A DNA stretch of 64,000 nucleotides from a bacterium. Lineage in GTDB: Bacteria; Patescibacteriota; Minisyncoccia; Phycocordibacterales; JBBTRF01. Below the pieces are notes generated by a model, which was not told the DNA's origin, ran no database searches, and saw only the letters and a list, made by a program, of their open reading frames with translations. A program made the translations under genes and the position numbers. Positions 47,677 through 57,420 of this stretch are shown here, piece by piece; positions within the stretch are counted from its first letter, which is position 1, and each line of letters starts with the position of its first letter. Where the stretch lies: positions 235,086-299,085 of the forward strand of contig JBAXTI010000001.1 in NCBI GenBank assembly GCA_037130265.1. Reading direction: 5' to 3'.

Positions 47677-48171
47677 ATGGAAATAAAAACTCAAATAACA
47701 AATAGTAGAGGAAAAGTTTTCGATACTATATATAAAGATGGAGATCCTGAAACAGATTTAGAAAATAGTGTTATACACGGTGTTCATTCATTTTGCTTTT
47801 ATAAAGATAAGATGGTTATAGTTTCAAATTCAAGAAAAGAGTGGACTCCTCCTGGTGGCGGTATTGAACCTGGAGAGAATTATAAAGAAGCATCTATCCG
47901 TGAAATAAAAGAGGAAGCAAACATGAAAGTTCTTCACCAAGAGTGCATTGGTTACCAAGACGTTTGGATATCGGATGAAAACAGGATGGTAAGGCAGGTA
48001 CGAATGTTTTGTATAGTTGAACCATATGGAGATTTTGAGAAAGATCCTGATGGAGATATTTTAGAAATAAAACTGATTGATCCAAAAGATTATAAAGAAT
48101 ATATAAAATGGGGAGAAATCGGAGATCATTTGATGGGAAGAGCTTTAGAGCTTAGTCAAAAAATAAAATGA
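47677..48171 (+). CDS. NUDIX hydrolase
   Basis: Nudix box GGGIEPGENYKEASIREIKEEAN. Confidence 0.9.
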   Translation: MEIKTQITNSRGKVFDTIYKDGDPETDLENSVIHGVHSFCFYKDKMVIVSNSRKEWTPPGGGIEPGENYKEASIREIKEEANMKVLHQECIGYQDVWISDENRMVRQVRMFCIVEPYGDFEKDPDGDILEIKLIDPKDYKEYIKWGEIGDHLMGRALELSQKIK

Positions 48172-48812
48172 AACTTATTTTTCAATATAATAAAGAAAAA
48201 GATATTTGGTGCATCCTTAACAAAGGAAAAAGTTCTAATAATTCTCCAATTCCTACTAAAGTATATGAAGAACTTGTGGCAACATGCGGAGAAAATCCTT
48301 CGGCGGATTCCACATCTTCTTTTGTAAATAAATACTTTTTAGATAAAAACATAAAAGTAAATGAATATATAGAAAAATATCAGAGGGACTGGTATAGCAT
48401 TACAGAGAAATATCAAAAAAGAGCAGAGTCAGTGTTTGGAGTTTCATTACCGAGCGACATTGTTGTGTATCTTACGATTAATAATAGATGTCCATACAAC
48501 ATAGAAGATAATTACTTTTTTGTGACAATTCCTGCTTCTTCAGTTAGAAGAACAATAATGCACGAATTGTGGCATTTCTATATGTGGTACGGGCTAGGAG
48601 CAGATCAAGAAGAAAAATTAGGAAAGCAAAAGTATAATGATTTAAAAGAGGCTTTGACTGTATTGCTCAACGTGGAATGTAAAGATTTACTGCCAGAAGG
48701 GGTATATGATGGCGGTTATCCACAACATAAGGAAGTGAGAGAAGAAATTTTAGAATATTGGTCAAAAAATAAAAATATCAAGGATCTTTGGAAATATTTA
48801 CAGACAAAATAA
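48168..48812 (+). CDS. Hypothetical protein with HExxH motif
   Basis: IMHELWHF with a downstream KEALT; possible zincin. Confidence 0.65.
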   Translation: MKLIFQYNKEKDIWCILNKGKSSNNSPIPTKVYEELVATCGENPSADSTSSFVNKYFLDKNIKVNEYIEKYQRDWYSITEKYQKRAESVFGVSLPSDIVVYLTINNRCPYNIEDNYFFVTIPASSVRRTIMHELWHFYMWYGLGADQEEKLGKQKYNDLKEALTVLLNVECKDLLPEGVYDGGYPQHKEVREEILEYWSKNKNIKDLWKYLQTK

Positions 48813-48813
48813 T

Positions 48814-49581
48814 ATGGACATCGATAAACACAAAAAACAATTCGGTAATCAAGCAGAAAACTATACTAAGTATAGAAAACCATATACTGAAAAGTTATAT
48901 GAGCTTCTTTTCTCCTTAGCTCCTGGAAAAAAGATTCTAGATATAGCTTGTGGTACAGGTAAATCTACAGAACCGATGGTCAGAAGCGGAACGGAAGTTA
49001 TAGGATGTGATCACGATCCACTGATGATTGCAGAAGCTATTAAGCAGGCTGAGATTAAAAGCTCACCTATTAAATACATTGTTGCAGATGTTGAACATTT
49101 ACCATTTGAAGATTCAAACTTTGATGTAGTAACTGTAGGCACGGCATTTCATTGGTTTGTAAATGAAAAGTCTGTTACAGAAATAAAACGAGTACTTAAG
49201 GAAAAGGGTTTATTTTTTATTTTTTGGACTCTTACCACTAAAGATGTACCTGAAGAAGATTCCATCCCAGGAAGTTTCTATAAAACATTCAATTGGGATA
49301 AAGTTCCACCTGAATTAAGAAATTTAGATTATATTTCAAATTTCTTCAAAGAGCAGGGATTCCAGAATGTTAACACCGCAAGAATTCCATTTAGTCACAA
49401 TGATACCGTCGAAGAACAAGTAGGACTAATGAAAACAGCTTCAAGTTACGAGATTCTATCAGATAGTGAAAAAGAACGATTTATCAGAGAGTTAACTGAA
49501 CTTCTTACAACTAAATTAGGTAATAGACCCTACTTCACTTACGAAGAGGAAATACAGGTGTGTTATGGGTTCAAGAAATAA
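48814..49581 (+). CDS. Class I SAM-dependent methyltransferase (Methyltransf_11)
   Basis: Y..YR..Y, ILDIACGTG, LPFEDSNFDVV, AFHWF and EIKRVLK..G. Confidence 0.9.
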   Translation: MDIDKHKKQFGNQAENYTKYRKPYTEKLYELLFSLAPGKKILDIACGTGKSTEPMVRSGTEVIGCDHDPLMIAEAIKQAEIKSSPIKYIVADVEHLPFEDSNFDVVTVGTAFHWFVNEKSVTEIKRVLKEKGLFFIFWTLTTKDVPEEDSIPGSFYKTFNWDKVPPELRNLDYISNFFKEQGFQNVNTARIPFSHNDTVEEQVGLMKTASSYEILSDSEKERFIRELTELLTTKLGNRPYFTYEEEIQVCYGFKK

Positions 49582-49598
49582 TCATATAAAGTAATTAT

Positions 49599-50585
49599 AT
49601 GGAGTCAGTTTTACAAAAAATAACGGAAGAATATAACCTCAATTTTAAAGTTCTTGATAAGGTTACTCAAGGTTTTTTAAGTGATAATTATATTCTTGCT
49701 GATGGTCAAAAGAAGTATTTTCTTAAGAAATATAGGTTTAAAAATAAAGAACGAATGAGTGAGGTACATTCTGCGAAAAGATATTTCTTCGAAGGTGGTA
49801 TTCCAGTAATTATGCCCTTGCTCACAGATTCAGATGAAAGCTTTTTTGAACATAATGGGAGTTTTTATGCCCTCTTTCCTTTCATATTAGACCATCAACT
49901 TAAACCAGATGAAATCACTAAAGACGCGATTGTTTCTCTTGGAGAAACTCTTGCTCGACTACATCTTCGAGGAAAAGAAAGTAAACTTAAAATAAATGAA
50001 TTTTTCAGACCATGGGATAAAGAAGAGCGAATGAGAGGAATCAATCAAATTCTCGAAAAGATCTCACTCATAGAAAACAAAACCGATTTTGATATTCAAG
50101 CCGAAAAGAACATCTTGCTCAAGAAATCAGTTATTGAATCAAATAATCGAACATATGAATCTTTTAACTTTCTTAATGATCACCTCATTCACGGCGATTA
50201 CATGATAGGAAATGTATTTTTTGATGACCAGAACAATGTATCCAATGTGTTTGATTTTGAAAAAACAGAATATGCACCTAGATTTTTTGAGCTGTTTCGT
50301 TCAATGATATATACAACTTTCTTTGATGAAAATATTACGGAAGAGACTTTGGCTAATACAAAACTCTATCTCGATTCATATTTGAATATATATCCTATGT
50401 CAAAAGAGGAATTGGATGATGCTTTTACAGCATATTATATCAACAGATCTCACTCTTACTGGGTGGAAGCTGAGCATTATCTTAGAGGGAATACGAGAGC
50501 TGATGAACTTCTTGAAAGTGATATTGCACGCATGAATTATTTTTCAGAGAATTTTGAAGTATTAAAGAAGTATCTTATAGAATAG
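49599..50585 (+). CDS. APH/homoserine kinase type II-like phosphotransferase
   Basis: YFLKKY, LARLH, Brenner motif IHGDY..GNV and VFDFE. Confidence 0.88.
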   Translation: MESVLQKITEEYNLNFKVLDKVTQGFLSDNYILADGQKKYFLKKYRFKNKERMSEVHSAKRYFFEGGIPVIMPLLTDSDESFFEHNGSFYALFPFILDHQLKPDEITKDAIVSLGETLARLHLRGKESKLKINEFFRPWDKEERMRGINQILEKISLIENKTDFDIQAEKNILLKKSVIESNNRTYESFNFLNDHLIHGDYMIGNVFFDDQNNVSNVFDFEKTEYAPRFFELFRSMIYTTFFDENITEETLANTKLYLDSYLNIYPMSKEELDDAFTAYYINRSHSYWVEAEHYLRGNTRADELLESDIARMNYFSENFEVLKKYLIE

Positions 50586-51918
50586 TAATAAGTTTCTCTT
50601 TCAGAATAATCTTACTCTTTAAACATCCCAGTAAATCTCTTTTTTCAAATATTGATCCTTCGGTTAGTAAATACCTAGCGTAGTTTCTAATGTCAGCATC
50701 TTTCGCTTGATAGTTTTCTTCAGTCTTACCCATTATTCCAGAATGAAATTTCTTATGTCTCTCTATTTCGATTTCCAACTTCTTTTTAAGACCAGATTTG
50801 TCTAGATCAATCCTATCTATCATTTCTAGTAATTGTGATATTAAAACTTTTTCTTCAATGTAGCCTTCTTTGCAATGAATATTTTTAGATCGAGTACAAC
50901 CATAGTATATATACTTTGCTATCGTTCCATCTTTTAGATTCTTATACTTTTCCTGTGCAGTTACTCCTGATCCACATACTCCACAAGTAAGCATCCGAGT
51001 AAATGCAAACTCTTTATTTTTTTCAGTCGATTTTATTTGTAAATGTAATTGTTTTTGTGCCGCATCAAACAAATCTTTTGATATGAGTGGAGTATGTTTA
51101 CCTTGAAACCATCTACCACTTAATTTTGGGTATTCAAAAGTGCCATGATAAAAGTGATTATCTAAAATAGTGTAGACATTACTTAGGGTTAGAGGCTTTC
51201 CATTTCTGGATAGGAATTTAATCTCTCGTAACCATTTATATACTTTTCTGCCACTCCAACTCTCATATCCGACTTTCGTAAACATTTCTTTGATAATTGA
51301 GCTTCTGTCTGGATCTACTAATACTACGCCCGGCTTGTCTCTGTCTTTAGAATTTAAGTAGCCAGTAGGAGCGACACTCGGCCAAAGTCCCATTTCACAT
51401 TTTGTTTTGAGTCCTCGTTTTACATTAATGCTTTTATTGTCGTTCTCAAGTTTGGCTTGTGATCCGAGAATCATGAGTAGAAATTTCTCATTTGGATTGT
51501 TTGTAAATCTTTGGCTATGAGTCCGTATCTCAATTAACTTTTTCTGATCTAGTAAGTCTACTAATGATCCAAGATCTCCAGCATTTCTGCTTAAACGATC
51601 TGGATGCCACACAAGTATTCCATCAAACTTTCCATTCCTAATATCTGTAAGAAGTTTGTTGTATACCGGTCTTTGCCCGCAATCTTTTGCTGAATGGGAT
51701 TCTCTATAAATCTCTAGAATATTGAGGTTATCCCTTTGGGCAATGTTGAGCATCTCTTTAACCTGAGAATCTACTGACAAAGCCTGCCTTTCCTCGGCTT
51801 CGCTTGATTTACGGGCATACTCATTAACAGATGAGTCTCTACCAAATGAAAAAAGATTCAGCAAAAACTGTCCTGTGCTACGGAGACTCAAACACGTGGG
51901 GTTCAAAATAATCTTCAT
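50575..51918 (-). CDS. Large serine recombinase (resolvase, recombinase, Zn ribbon); 5' end doubtful
   Basis: YARKSS catalytic motif, DRLSRN, APTGY, G.H.PLI, C..CG and YY.C. Sequence upstream of YARKS (above 51820) looks foreign. Confidence 0.88.
   Translation of the reverse strand: MKIILNPTCLSLRSTGQFLLNLFSFGRDSSVNEYARKSSEAEERQALSVDSQVKEMLNIAQRDNLNILEIYRESHSAKDCGQRPVYNKLLTDIRNGKFDGILVWHPDRLSRNAGDLGSLVDLLDQKKLIEIRTHSQRFTNNPNEKFLLMILGSQAKLENDNKSINVKRGLKTKCEMGLWPSVAPTGYLNSKDRDKPGVVLVDPDRSSIIKEMFTKVGYESWSGRKVYKWLREIKFLSRNGKPLTLSNVYTILDNHFYHGTFEYPKLSGRWFQGKHTPLISKDLFDAAQKQLHLQIKSTEKNKEFAFTRMLTCGVCGSGVTAQEKYKNLKDGTIAKYIYYGCTRSKNIHCKEGYIEEKVLISQLLEMIDRIDLDKSGLKKKLEIEIERHKKFHSGIMGKTEENYQAKDADIRNYARYLLTEGSIFEKRDLLGCLKSKIILKEKLITIL
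51846..51911 (+). pseudogene. 5' remnant of an SGNH/GDSL hydrolase gene
   Basis: 21-codon ORF MKKDSAKTVLCYGDSNTWGSK* matches block I (xLCYGDSNTWG) of SGNH arylesterases, then stops. Confidence 0.7.
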
Positions 51919-51936
51919 GAAGGATTCGATAGTGCC

Positions 51937-51966
51937 TTGCCCAGTGAACCATCGTTCACCTATAAT
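51937..51966 (+). promoter_or_regulatory. dinB promoter with LexA-box-like palindrome
   Basis: TTGCCC-18-TATAAT with GTGAAC-CATC-GTTCAC (51944-51959) in the spacer. Confidence 0.7.
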
Positions 51967-51972
51967 AGGTGA

Positions 51973-53250
51973 GTGAATCAGTCGACGAAAAATGCCGCGT
52001 CCGCGACTGCGCCAAAAATTGCCGTCTCAAAAACCCTCCTCCACATCGACGGGGATGCGTTTTTTGTGGGCGTTGAGGTGGCGAAGAATCCGAAGCTCAA
52101 AGGTCTGCCGGTGGTGACTGGCGAGGAGCGCGGGATCGTATCGGCGCTGTCGTACGAAGCCAAGGCGCTCGGGGTTATTCGTGGCATGCCAATTTTCAGG
52201 CTGAAAAAAGAATTTCCGCAGGTCATCATCCTGCCCGGCGACTACGCGTCGTATGTGCGGTATTCGCAGCTGATGTTCGACATCGTCCGCCGATACGCCG
52301 ATGATGTCGAGGAATACAGTATCGATGAATGCTTCGCCGACCTCACTGGCCTGGATCGACCGCTGAAAATGACGTATTTGCAAATGGCCCAGCGGATCAA
52401 GAAAGAGATCACCGAAGAGCTCGGCCTGTCGGTGTCTATTGGCCTCGCGCCCACCAAGGTGCTCGCGAAAGTCGCGTCGAAATGGGTGAAGCCCAATGGT
52501 CTCACTGTGATTGGCTGTGAGACAGCGCCCGACTTCCTCGAAAATACGCCGATAGAAAAAATCTGGGGGATTGGGCCGCGAACCTCCGAGCTTTTGAAAC
52601 GAAAGGGAATACACACCGCCGGTGATTTTGCTCGCAAAGAATTGTCGTGGTTGCAAGTGCATCTGTCGAAGCCGTATCTGACTATTTGGCAGGAACTGAA
52701 TGGTATTTCCGTCGTACCCATCGACCCGGAGAAAAAGACCACCTATTCCTCGATACAAAAGACGAGGTCGTTTCATCCGAGCACCAACGACACAACATTT
52801 CTCATCTCGCAGCTCTCGAAACACATCGAGGATGCCTGTGCAAAAGCTCGGCACTTCAAGCTTGCACCGAAGAAGGTATCTTTTTTCCTGAAGTCGAAAG
52901 ATTTTGTGTATTCCAATCACACCGTCACGCTCGCATCGCCGACCAATGCACCGGAAATCATCGTGTCGCTAGCCGTGAAGGAATTTCAAAAGATCTACGC
53001 CAAACGAACCCTGTATCGCACCACCGGAGTGACGCTTCACGACTTGGTACCGTCGGGTGCGCATCAAGCAGACTTGTTTGGTGGGAGTGAGATGGCCAAC
53101 AAGCTCGAGGCGATTCATGGCCGGATCGACATGCTCGAAGACAAATTCGGCAAACGCACCGTGTATTTGGCTTCGACCCACAACGCACTCCAACAAAAGG
53201 CGGGTGGTACCGATGCGGATGATTTGGATCGGGATTTGTTGTTTTTGTAA
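51973..53250 (+). CDS. dinB: Y-family DNA polymerase (DinB/Pol IV-like)
   Basis: LHIDGDAFF, SYEAKALG, YSIDECF.D, SIGLAPTKVLAK.AS...KP.G and IWGIG. Confidence 0.9.
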   Translation: MNQSTKNAASATAPKIAVSKTLLHIDGDAFFVGVEVAKNPKLKGLPVVTGEERGIVSALSYEAKALGVIRGMPIFRLKKEFPQVIILPGDYASYVRYSQLMFDIVRRYADDVEEYSIDECFADLTGLDRPLKMTYLQMAQRIKKEITEELGLSVSIGLAPTKVLAKVASKWVKPNGLTVIGCETAPDFLENTPIEKIWGIGPRTSELLKRKGIHTAGDFARKELSWLQVHLSKPYLTIWQELNGISVVPIDPEKKTTYSSIQKTRSFHPSTNDTTFLISQLSKHIEDACAKARHFKLAPKKVSFFLKSKDFVYSNHTVTLASPTNAPEIIVSLAVKEFQKIYAKRTLYRTTGVTLHDLVPSGAHQADLFGGSEMANKLEAIHGRIDMLEDKFGKRTVYLASTHNALQQKAGGTDADDLDRDLLFL

Positions 53251-53293
53251 TTGGTGAAAGGTCACGTCCGACGAATTTTGTTATACTGCCTAA

Positions 53294-53911
53294 ATGCTAA
53301 AGATATATGTTGCCCGACATGGACAGAATGTAGATAACCTAAAGGGTATATTGAATGGACACAGGGATGAGCCTCTGACTGAAAAAGGCGTTGAGCAAGC
53401 GCATGAAGTTGCGGATAAGATAAAAGAATTCGCTATTATTTTTAATGCTATCTATAGCTCACCGCTGATCAGAGCTCTTGAGACCGCAAAAATAATATCC
53501 GGGACGTTGGGAATGTCGTCGCCGCAAAAAGAGAATCTGCTCATTGAAAGAAATTTCGGCATTATGACCGGAAGAATGATTTCTGAAATCGAGACTATGT
53601 GTGAGCCACATATTATTAAGACAGATACAATCACTTATTTTCTCAACCCAGAAGGAGCAGAGACGTTCCCAGACATGATGAATAGGGCTGAGGTGCTTTT
53701 GAATAAAATTAAAAGTGTACATCAAAGTGGAAGCATCTTGCTGGTTTGTCATGGCGATATCGGAAAGATGATTTACGCAACATACTATGGTTTAGATTGG
53801 AAAACAGTCCTCACCCAGTTTCATTTTGGTAATTGTGACCTACTTCTTCTCTCAGAGGACTCTCCGGCAGAAGAGGCACATGTTTTTAAGTTTGAACAAC
53901 ATAATCATTAG
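53294..53911 (+). CDS. Histidine phosphatase family protein
   Basis: ARHGQ, YSSPLIRA..TA, ERNFG and LVCHG; AT-rich. Confidence 0.9.
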   Translation: MLKIYVARHGQNVDNLKGILNGHRDEPLTEKGVEQAHEVADKIKEFAIIFNAIYSSPLIRALETAKIISGTLGMSSPQKENLLIERNFGIMTGRMISEIETMCEPHIIKTDTITYFLNPEGAETFPDMMNRAEVLLNKIKSVHQSGSILLVCHGDIGKMIYATYYGLDWKTVLTQFHFGNCDLLLLSEDSPAEEAHVFKFEQHNH

Positions 53912-53948
53912 CTAGAATAGTTCCAATCTTGTCTTGTTTATTGACCCC

Positions 53949-54553
53949 ATGAACTCCGCAATCCACGAATTCCTCCTCTTCGGTCTAAAACAAGCTCGGG
54001 CCTGCGTCTTCGTGGGGTCGTTCTTCGTACTTCTGTTTCTGTCCAACCACATTCCGCTGTTCGGTCTCGCTCGATACGACTTTCTGTTTATCGCGGCGGT
54101 GGGGAGCTATATCAGCCAAGCGTGGAAAATCATGAAGTTTCGGCTGAGCGATTACGAGCACTACGCGGCGAGTGCGGTGCTCTGCTTTCTCATCTATCTC
54201 AACTTTTTCACCAATCACTACATCTACGACTTCCGATACTTTTTGATCGCCGCTGTCTTCGCTTTTTTCTGGAAGACCCGGGTGTATTTCACGGTCTCTA
54301 GCAAGGAGCGCTACATGCCAATGAACATCGGCTTCCTACTCATCGCCTCTTTCATTTGGGTAGCAGAAAATATCTCCACCTACCTCGGTGCTTGGAAGTA
54401 CCCCGACCAGGTCCACATGTGTGGAGCGTGGTCTCCACCGGTAAAATCACCTCGTGGTTCCTGATGGTCATCATTAGCTTTATTCTGGTGGCGTATCTGA
54501 AGCATTTTAAGAGGGAAATGAGGGGTTCTGGTTCCATAGCGCAAGTCCGCTAG
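53949..54553 (+). pseudogene. DUF817-like membrane protein pseudogene
   Basis: FGLKQARAC, RYDFL, AAVGSY and FIWVAENI.T..GAW.YP.Q; 2-nt frameshift near 54417-54421; middle segment apparently deleted. Confidence 0.75.
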
Positions 54554-54669
54554 GCTCGCGCGCGTTCTTCATTTATTGTCCACACGCTACTTTCTTTCGA
54601 GGCTGTACAATAAACAGTATTTTTCGGTTACTGTTTTTTTATTATCAATAAACACAAACCCATCACTCC

Positions 54670-55993
54670 ATGAACACCTCTTGCTTTAGTCGCCGCGGTA
54701 TATTGAGTCCCGTTACTATCTTTGGTTCACTACTACTCGCGATACTCTCCGCATCTTTTTTCTGCCTCTTCGGTTTCTGCCGCTACGACCATCTCTACCG
54801 ACATCGTCACTGGCGGGACTATTAGTTCTGGTAATATTAATTCGACTGGCACCATTGCTGCATCTTCTACGATCAACACGAGCGGTACTACTGGTGGTTA
54901 CAAGATAGATGGCAATTTGATCTTGCAAGCATCGAGTTCGAGGGCCACCTTGGGCACAGGATATCAGACACTGCTGTCCAACATTTCCGGTGCATACTCA
55001 AATGCGTACGGCCTACAGGCGCTCCAAAGCAATACTACTGGTTCGTACAACAACGCCTTTGGTTACCAGGCACTCAATGCCAACACGACCGGAAGTTTTA
55101 ATACCGCCTTTGGCGATCGCGCTCTCAGCCTCGGAACTACTGGCTCGCGAAATACCGCGGTCGGTTATTTATCTCTCATCAACAACACTGCTTCGTATAA
55201 CACGTCTGTAGGCTGGCAATCCCTCCGGGCCAATACCAGCGGTAGTAGTAACGCGGCCTTCGGTCTTTCTGCGATGGATGATAACACTACTGGTAGCTAC
55301 AATACTGCTGTGGGTGCCCAAGCGATGCAGCACAGTACCACCGCTTCGTATAATACTGCCGTGGGCACGAATGTGATGCTTAACAACACTTCTGGCGATT
55401 CCAATACTGCAATCGGACATCAGGCGCTTCTCGCAAATACTACCGGTTATGGCAATAATGCAATGGGTGTTGGTGCTATGGAGTACAACACTACTGGTTC
55501 GTACAACAATGTTATCGGATTGTTGTCTATGTATCAAAATACTACTGGTTCTTACAATACCGTCCTCGGATATCAGGCTGGATACATGGTGACAACTGGT
55601 AGCAACAATCTTATTCTTTCGAGCGCGACCTCTTCTCTGTCCAATGCCAACCTCACGACGGGCAATCAGAATATCATCATTGGAAACAATATTTCTTTCC
55701 CAAGCGCCACGGCAAACGGCCAACTTAACATTGGCAACATTATTTATGGCACGAGTATCACAGGCACCGGCTCGAATCTCTCTAATGGAAATATTGGCAT
55801 TGGCACTACCACTCCGGCTACCAAGCTCCATGTTTCTTCTGGAGCGAGTGCGACCACTACTGTTAGTGTAGGTGAACTCGGCCTCACTTCAAGCAAAGCA
55901 TGTGTGAATATGAATCGAGCGGACGGTGGGGCAGGCAGCTTCTACATCAATGCTTCGGGTGCGCTTGTTTCAGAAGCTAACTATTGCCGCTAA
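54670..55993 (+). pseudogene. Secreted repeat-rich fibre/adhesin-like protein, frameshifted in a T6 run (54756-54761)
   Basis: ATG 54670 opens a signal peptide (MNTSCFSRRGILSPVTIFGSLLLAILSASF) whose continuation SASSVSA-ATTISTD lies in another frame; many 14-aa NTTGSxNTAxGxxA repeats; NIGIGTTTP motif. Confidence 0.75.
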
Positions 55994-56005
55994 AAGCCAG
56001 TTTGT

Positions 56006-56755
56006 ATGAGAAAATATCTCACTCTTATCCTGTCGGTAGCCGTATTTGCTCCCTATGTGGCATTCGCTGCTTATAATGATGTGACACTCACCACAGATGC
56101 GCTTATTGGCGTGGCCGGCTACACGTTGAATATCACCGGTTCGAGTGCCGCCATACAATCGATCGTGGTAAATGATTCAAACTTCCAGGTCAGTATTTCT
56201 TCCGGTTCCTCTATTCAGATCACCTCACCGACCCAGCAAGAGTTGTCGGTTGATATCAGTTCCTTCACCACTAGCAATGTCTGCGTAACAGGGACTTCTG
56301 TCCTCACTCTCGCTTCAAGTGGTGCCTCGGGGACAGTCACCGTCACTCCGAGTTCGACGGTGTGTACGACGCCAGCTTCCAGCAATAGTGTGGCGATCGG
56401 CAACGGTCCGATTGTGGGTAGTATTGTGGGTAGTGGTTTCTATCGTCCTGCTTCCTCATCGGGTGTGTCTGTTCAGGCGCAGGCGACATCGTCTGTGTCG
56501 GTTGCGAAAGACAAGAAACAGCAATTCAGCAAAGACCTTTTTTTGGGAAAGACGGATCCAGAAGTCTTGGAGCTGCAGCGGTTTTTGAACAATAATGGCT
56601 TTGTCGTGTCTGTCAGCGGGATGGGGTCAAAGGGAGGGGAAACTACGTATTTTGGTGCAGCTACTCGAGCCGCTCTCATTCGATTTCAAAAGGCTCGGAA
56701 GATCTCTCCTGCTCAGGGATATTTCGGTTCTGTTACGCGCAAAGCTTTGAAGTAG
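56006..56755 (+). CDS. Secreted protein with C-terminal peptidoglycan-binding domain
   Basis: Signal peptide; Ser/Thr-rich body; DL..G....EV..LQ.FLN...ETTYFG..TRAALIRFQ......GYFG..TR. Confidence 0.85.
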   Translation: MRKYLTLILSVAVFAPYVAFAAYNDVTLTTDALIGVAGYTLNITGSSAAIQSIVVNDSNFQVSISSGSSIQITSPTQQELSVDISSFTTSNVCVTGTSVLTLASSGASGTVTVTPSSTVCTTPASSNSVAIGNGPIVGSIVGSGFYRPASSSGVSVQAQATSSVSVAKDKKQQFSKDLFLGKTDPEVLELQRFLNNNGFVVSVSGMGSKGGETTYFGAATRAALIRFQKARKISPAQGYFGSVTRKALK

Positions 56756-56855
56756 TCTTGAGTTAAGGTTCATGTCTAACAAGCGCATATCTTTTTCACA
56801 TTTTTTCTGTATAATAAGCGAATAAGCCTTTATTTCATTTTCAACACACATTCAC

Positions 56856-56963
56856 ATGGCAAAACGAGTAGCCCAGGATATTAAGAACAAGACCTCACGT
56901 TCACGCAAGACTGCGAAGCGTCGAGCGGCGAAGAGTGCGAAGCGAGCAGCACGAAGCAAGTAA
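56856..56963 (+). CDS. 35-aa highly basic peptide (not in the ORF track)
   Basis: MAKRVAQDIKNKTSRSRKTAKRRAAKSAKRAARSK*; upstream TATAAT and A/C-rich leader; hairpin AAGGGGCAT/ATGCCCCTT at the stop. Confidence 0.65.
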   Translation: MAKRVAQDIKNKTSRSRKTAKRRAAKSAKRAARSK

Positions 56964-57139
56964 GGGGCATTTCATGCCCCTTGTCACGACGGCGCTCGGA
57001 TGCTGTGCGAATGAGGACATTCTCACGCAATCCTCGCTTGTCGTGATAAACCCCTCGCTATTTTCCACGATATGGTGTATACTAGTTGGGAAACCGAGTC
57101 GAGTTTTGCAGCTAATAGAAAAACAAAAAACAACACAAA

Positions 57140-57337
57140 ATGAAAGGAACAATCAAGACTTTGACCGACCGAGGATTTGGTTTCATTGCTCGCGATGGCG
57201 AAGCAAAGGACCTCTTCTTCCACTCAAAGGAGTTGGTAGGAGTCATGTTTGATCAGTTGAAGGTGGGAGATGTTCTCACTTTCGAAGTGGTACAGGGAGA
57301 CAAGGGTCCTTCTGCAACACAGGTATCTCGAGCGTAA
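57140..57337 (+). CDS. Cold-shock domain protein
   Basis: RNP1 RGFGFI, RNP2 LFFH and KGP.A..V. Confidence 0.93.
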   Translation: MKGTIKTLTDRGFGFIARDGEAKDLFFHSKELVGVMFDQLKVGDVLTFEVVQGDKGPSATQVSRA

Positions 57338-57356
57338 GCTTAAGACCTCTGAAAGA

Positions 57357-57398
57357 CAACAAAAAACCGCAGCCCGAAAGGGTCGCGGTTTTTTGTTG
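57357..57398. terminator. Bidirectional terminator between csp and msrAB
   Basis: CAACAAAAAACCGC...GCGGTTTTTTGTTG. Confidence 0.75.
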
Positions 57399-57420
57399 GT
57401 GGTGCGTGTTGTGTCGAGGG

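Larger units (their letters stand above)
47070..51918. mobile_element. AT-rich genomic island behind tRNA-Gln with a large serine recombinase
   Basis: Abrupt visible shift to AT-rich sequence; five tightly packed cargo genes and a convergent recombinase; boundaries approximate and att sites not found. Confidence 0.75.

Noticed and set aside
47003-51820. GCATAC at 47003-47008 and 51815-51820 as att core of the island
   Set aside because: A 6-bp match is plausible by chance; joining the ends does not give a typical recombinase N-terminus; no tRNA-Gln 3' duplication found.
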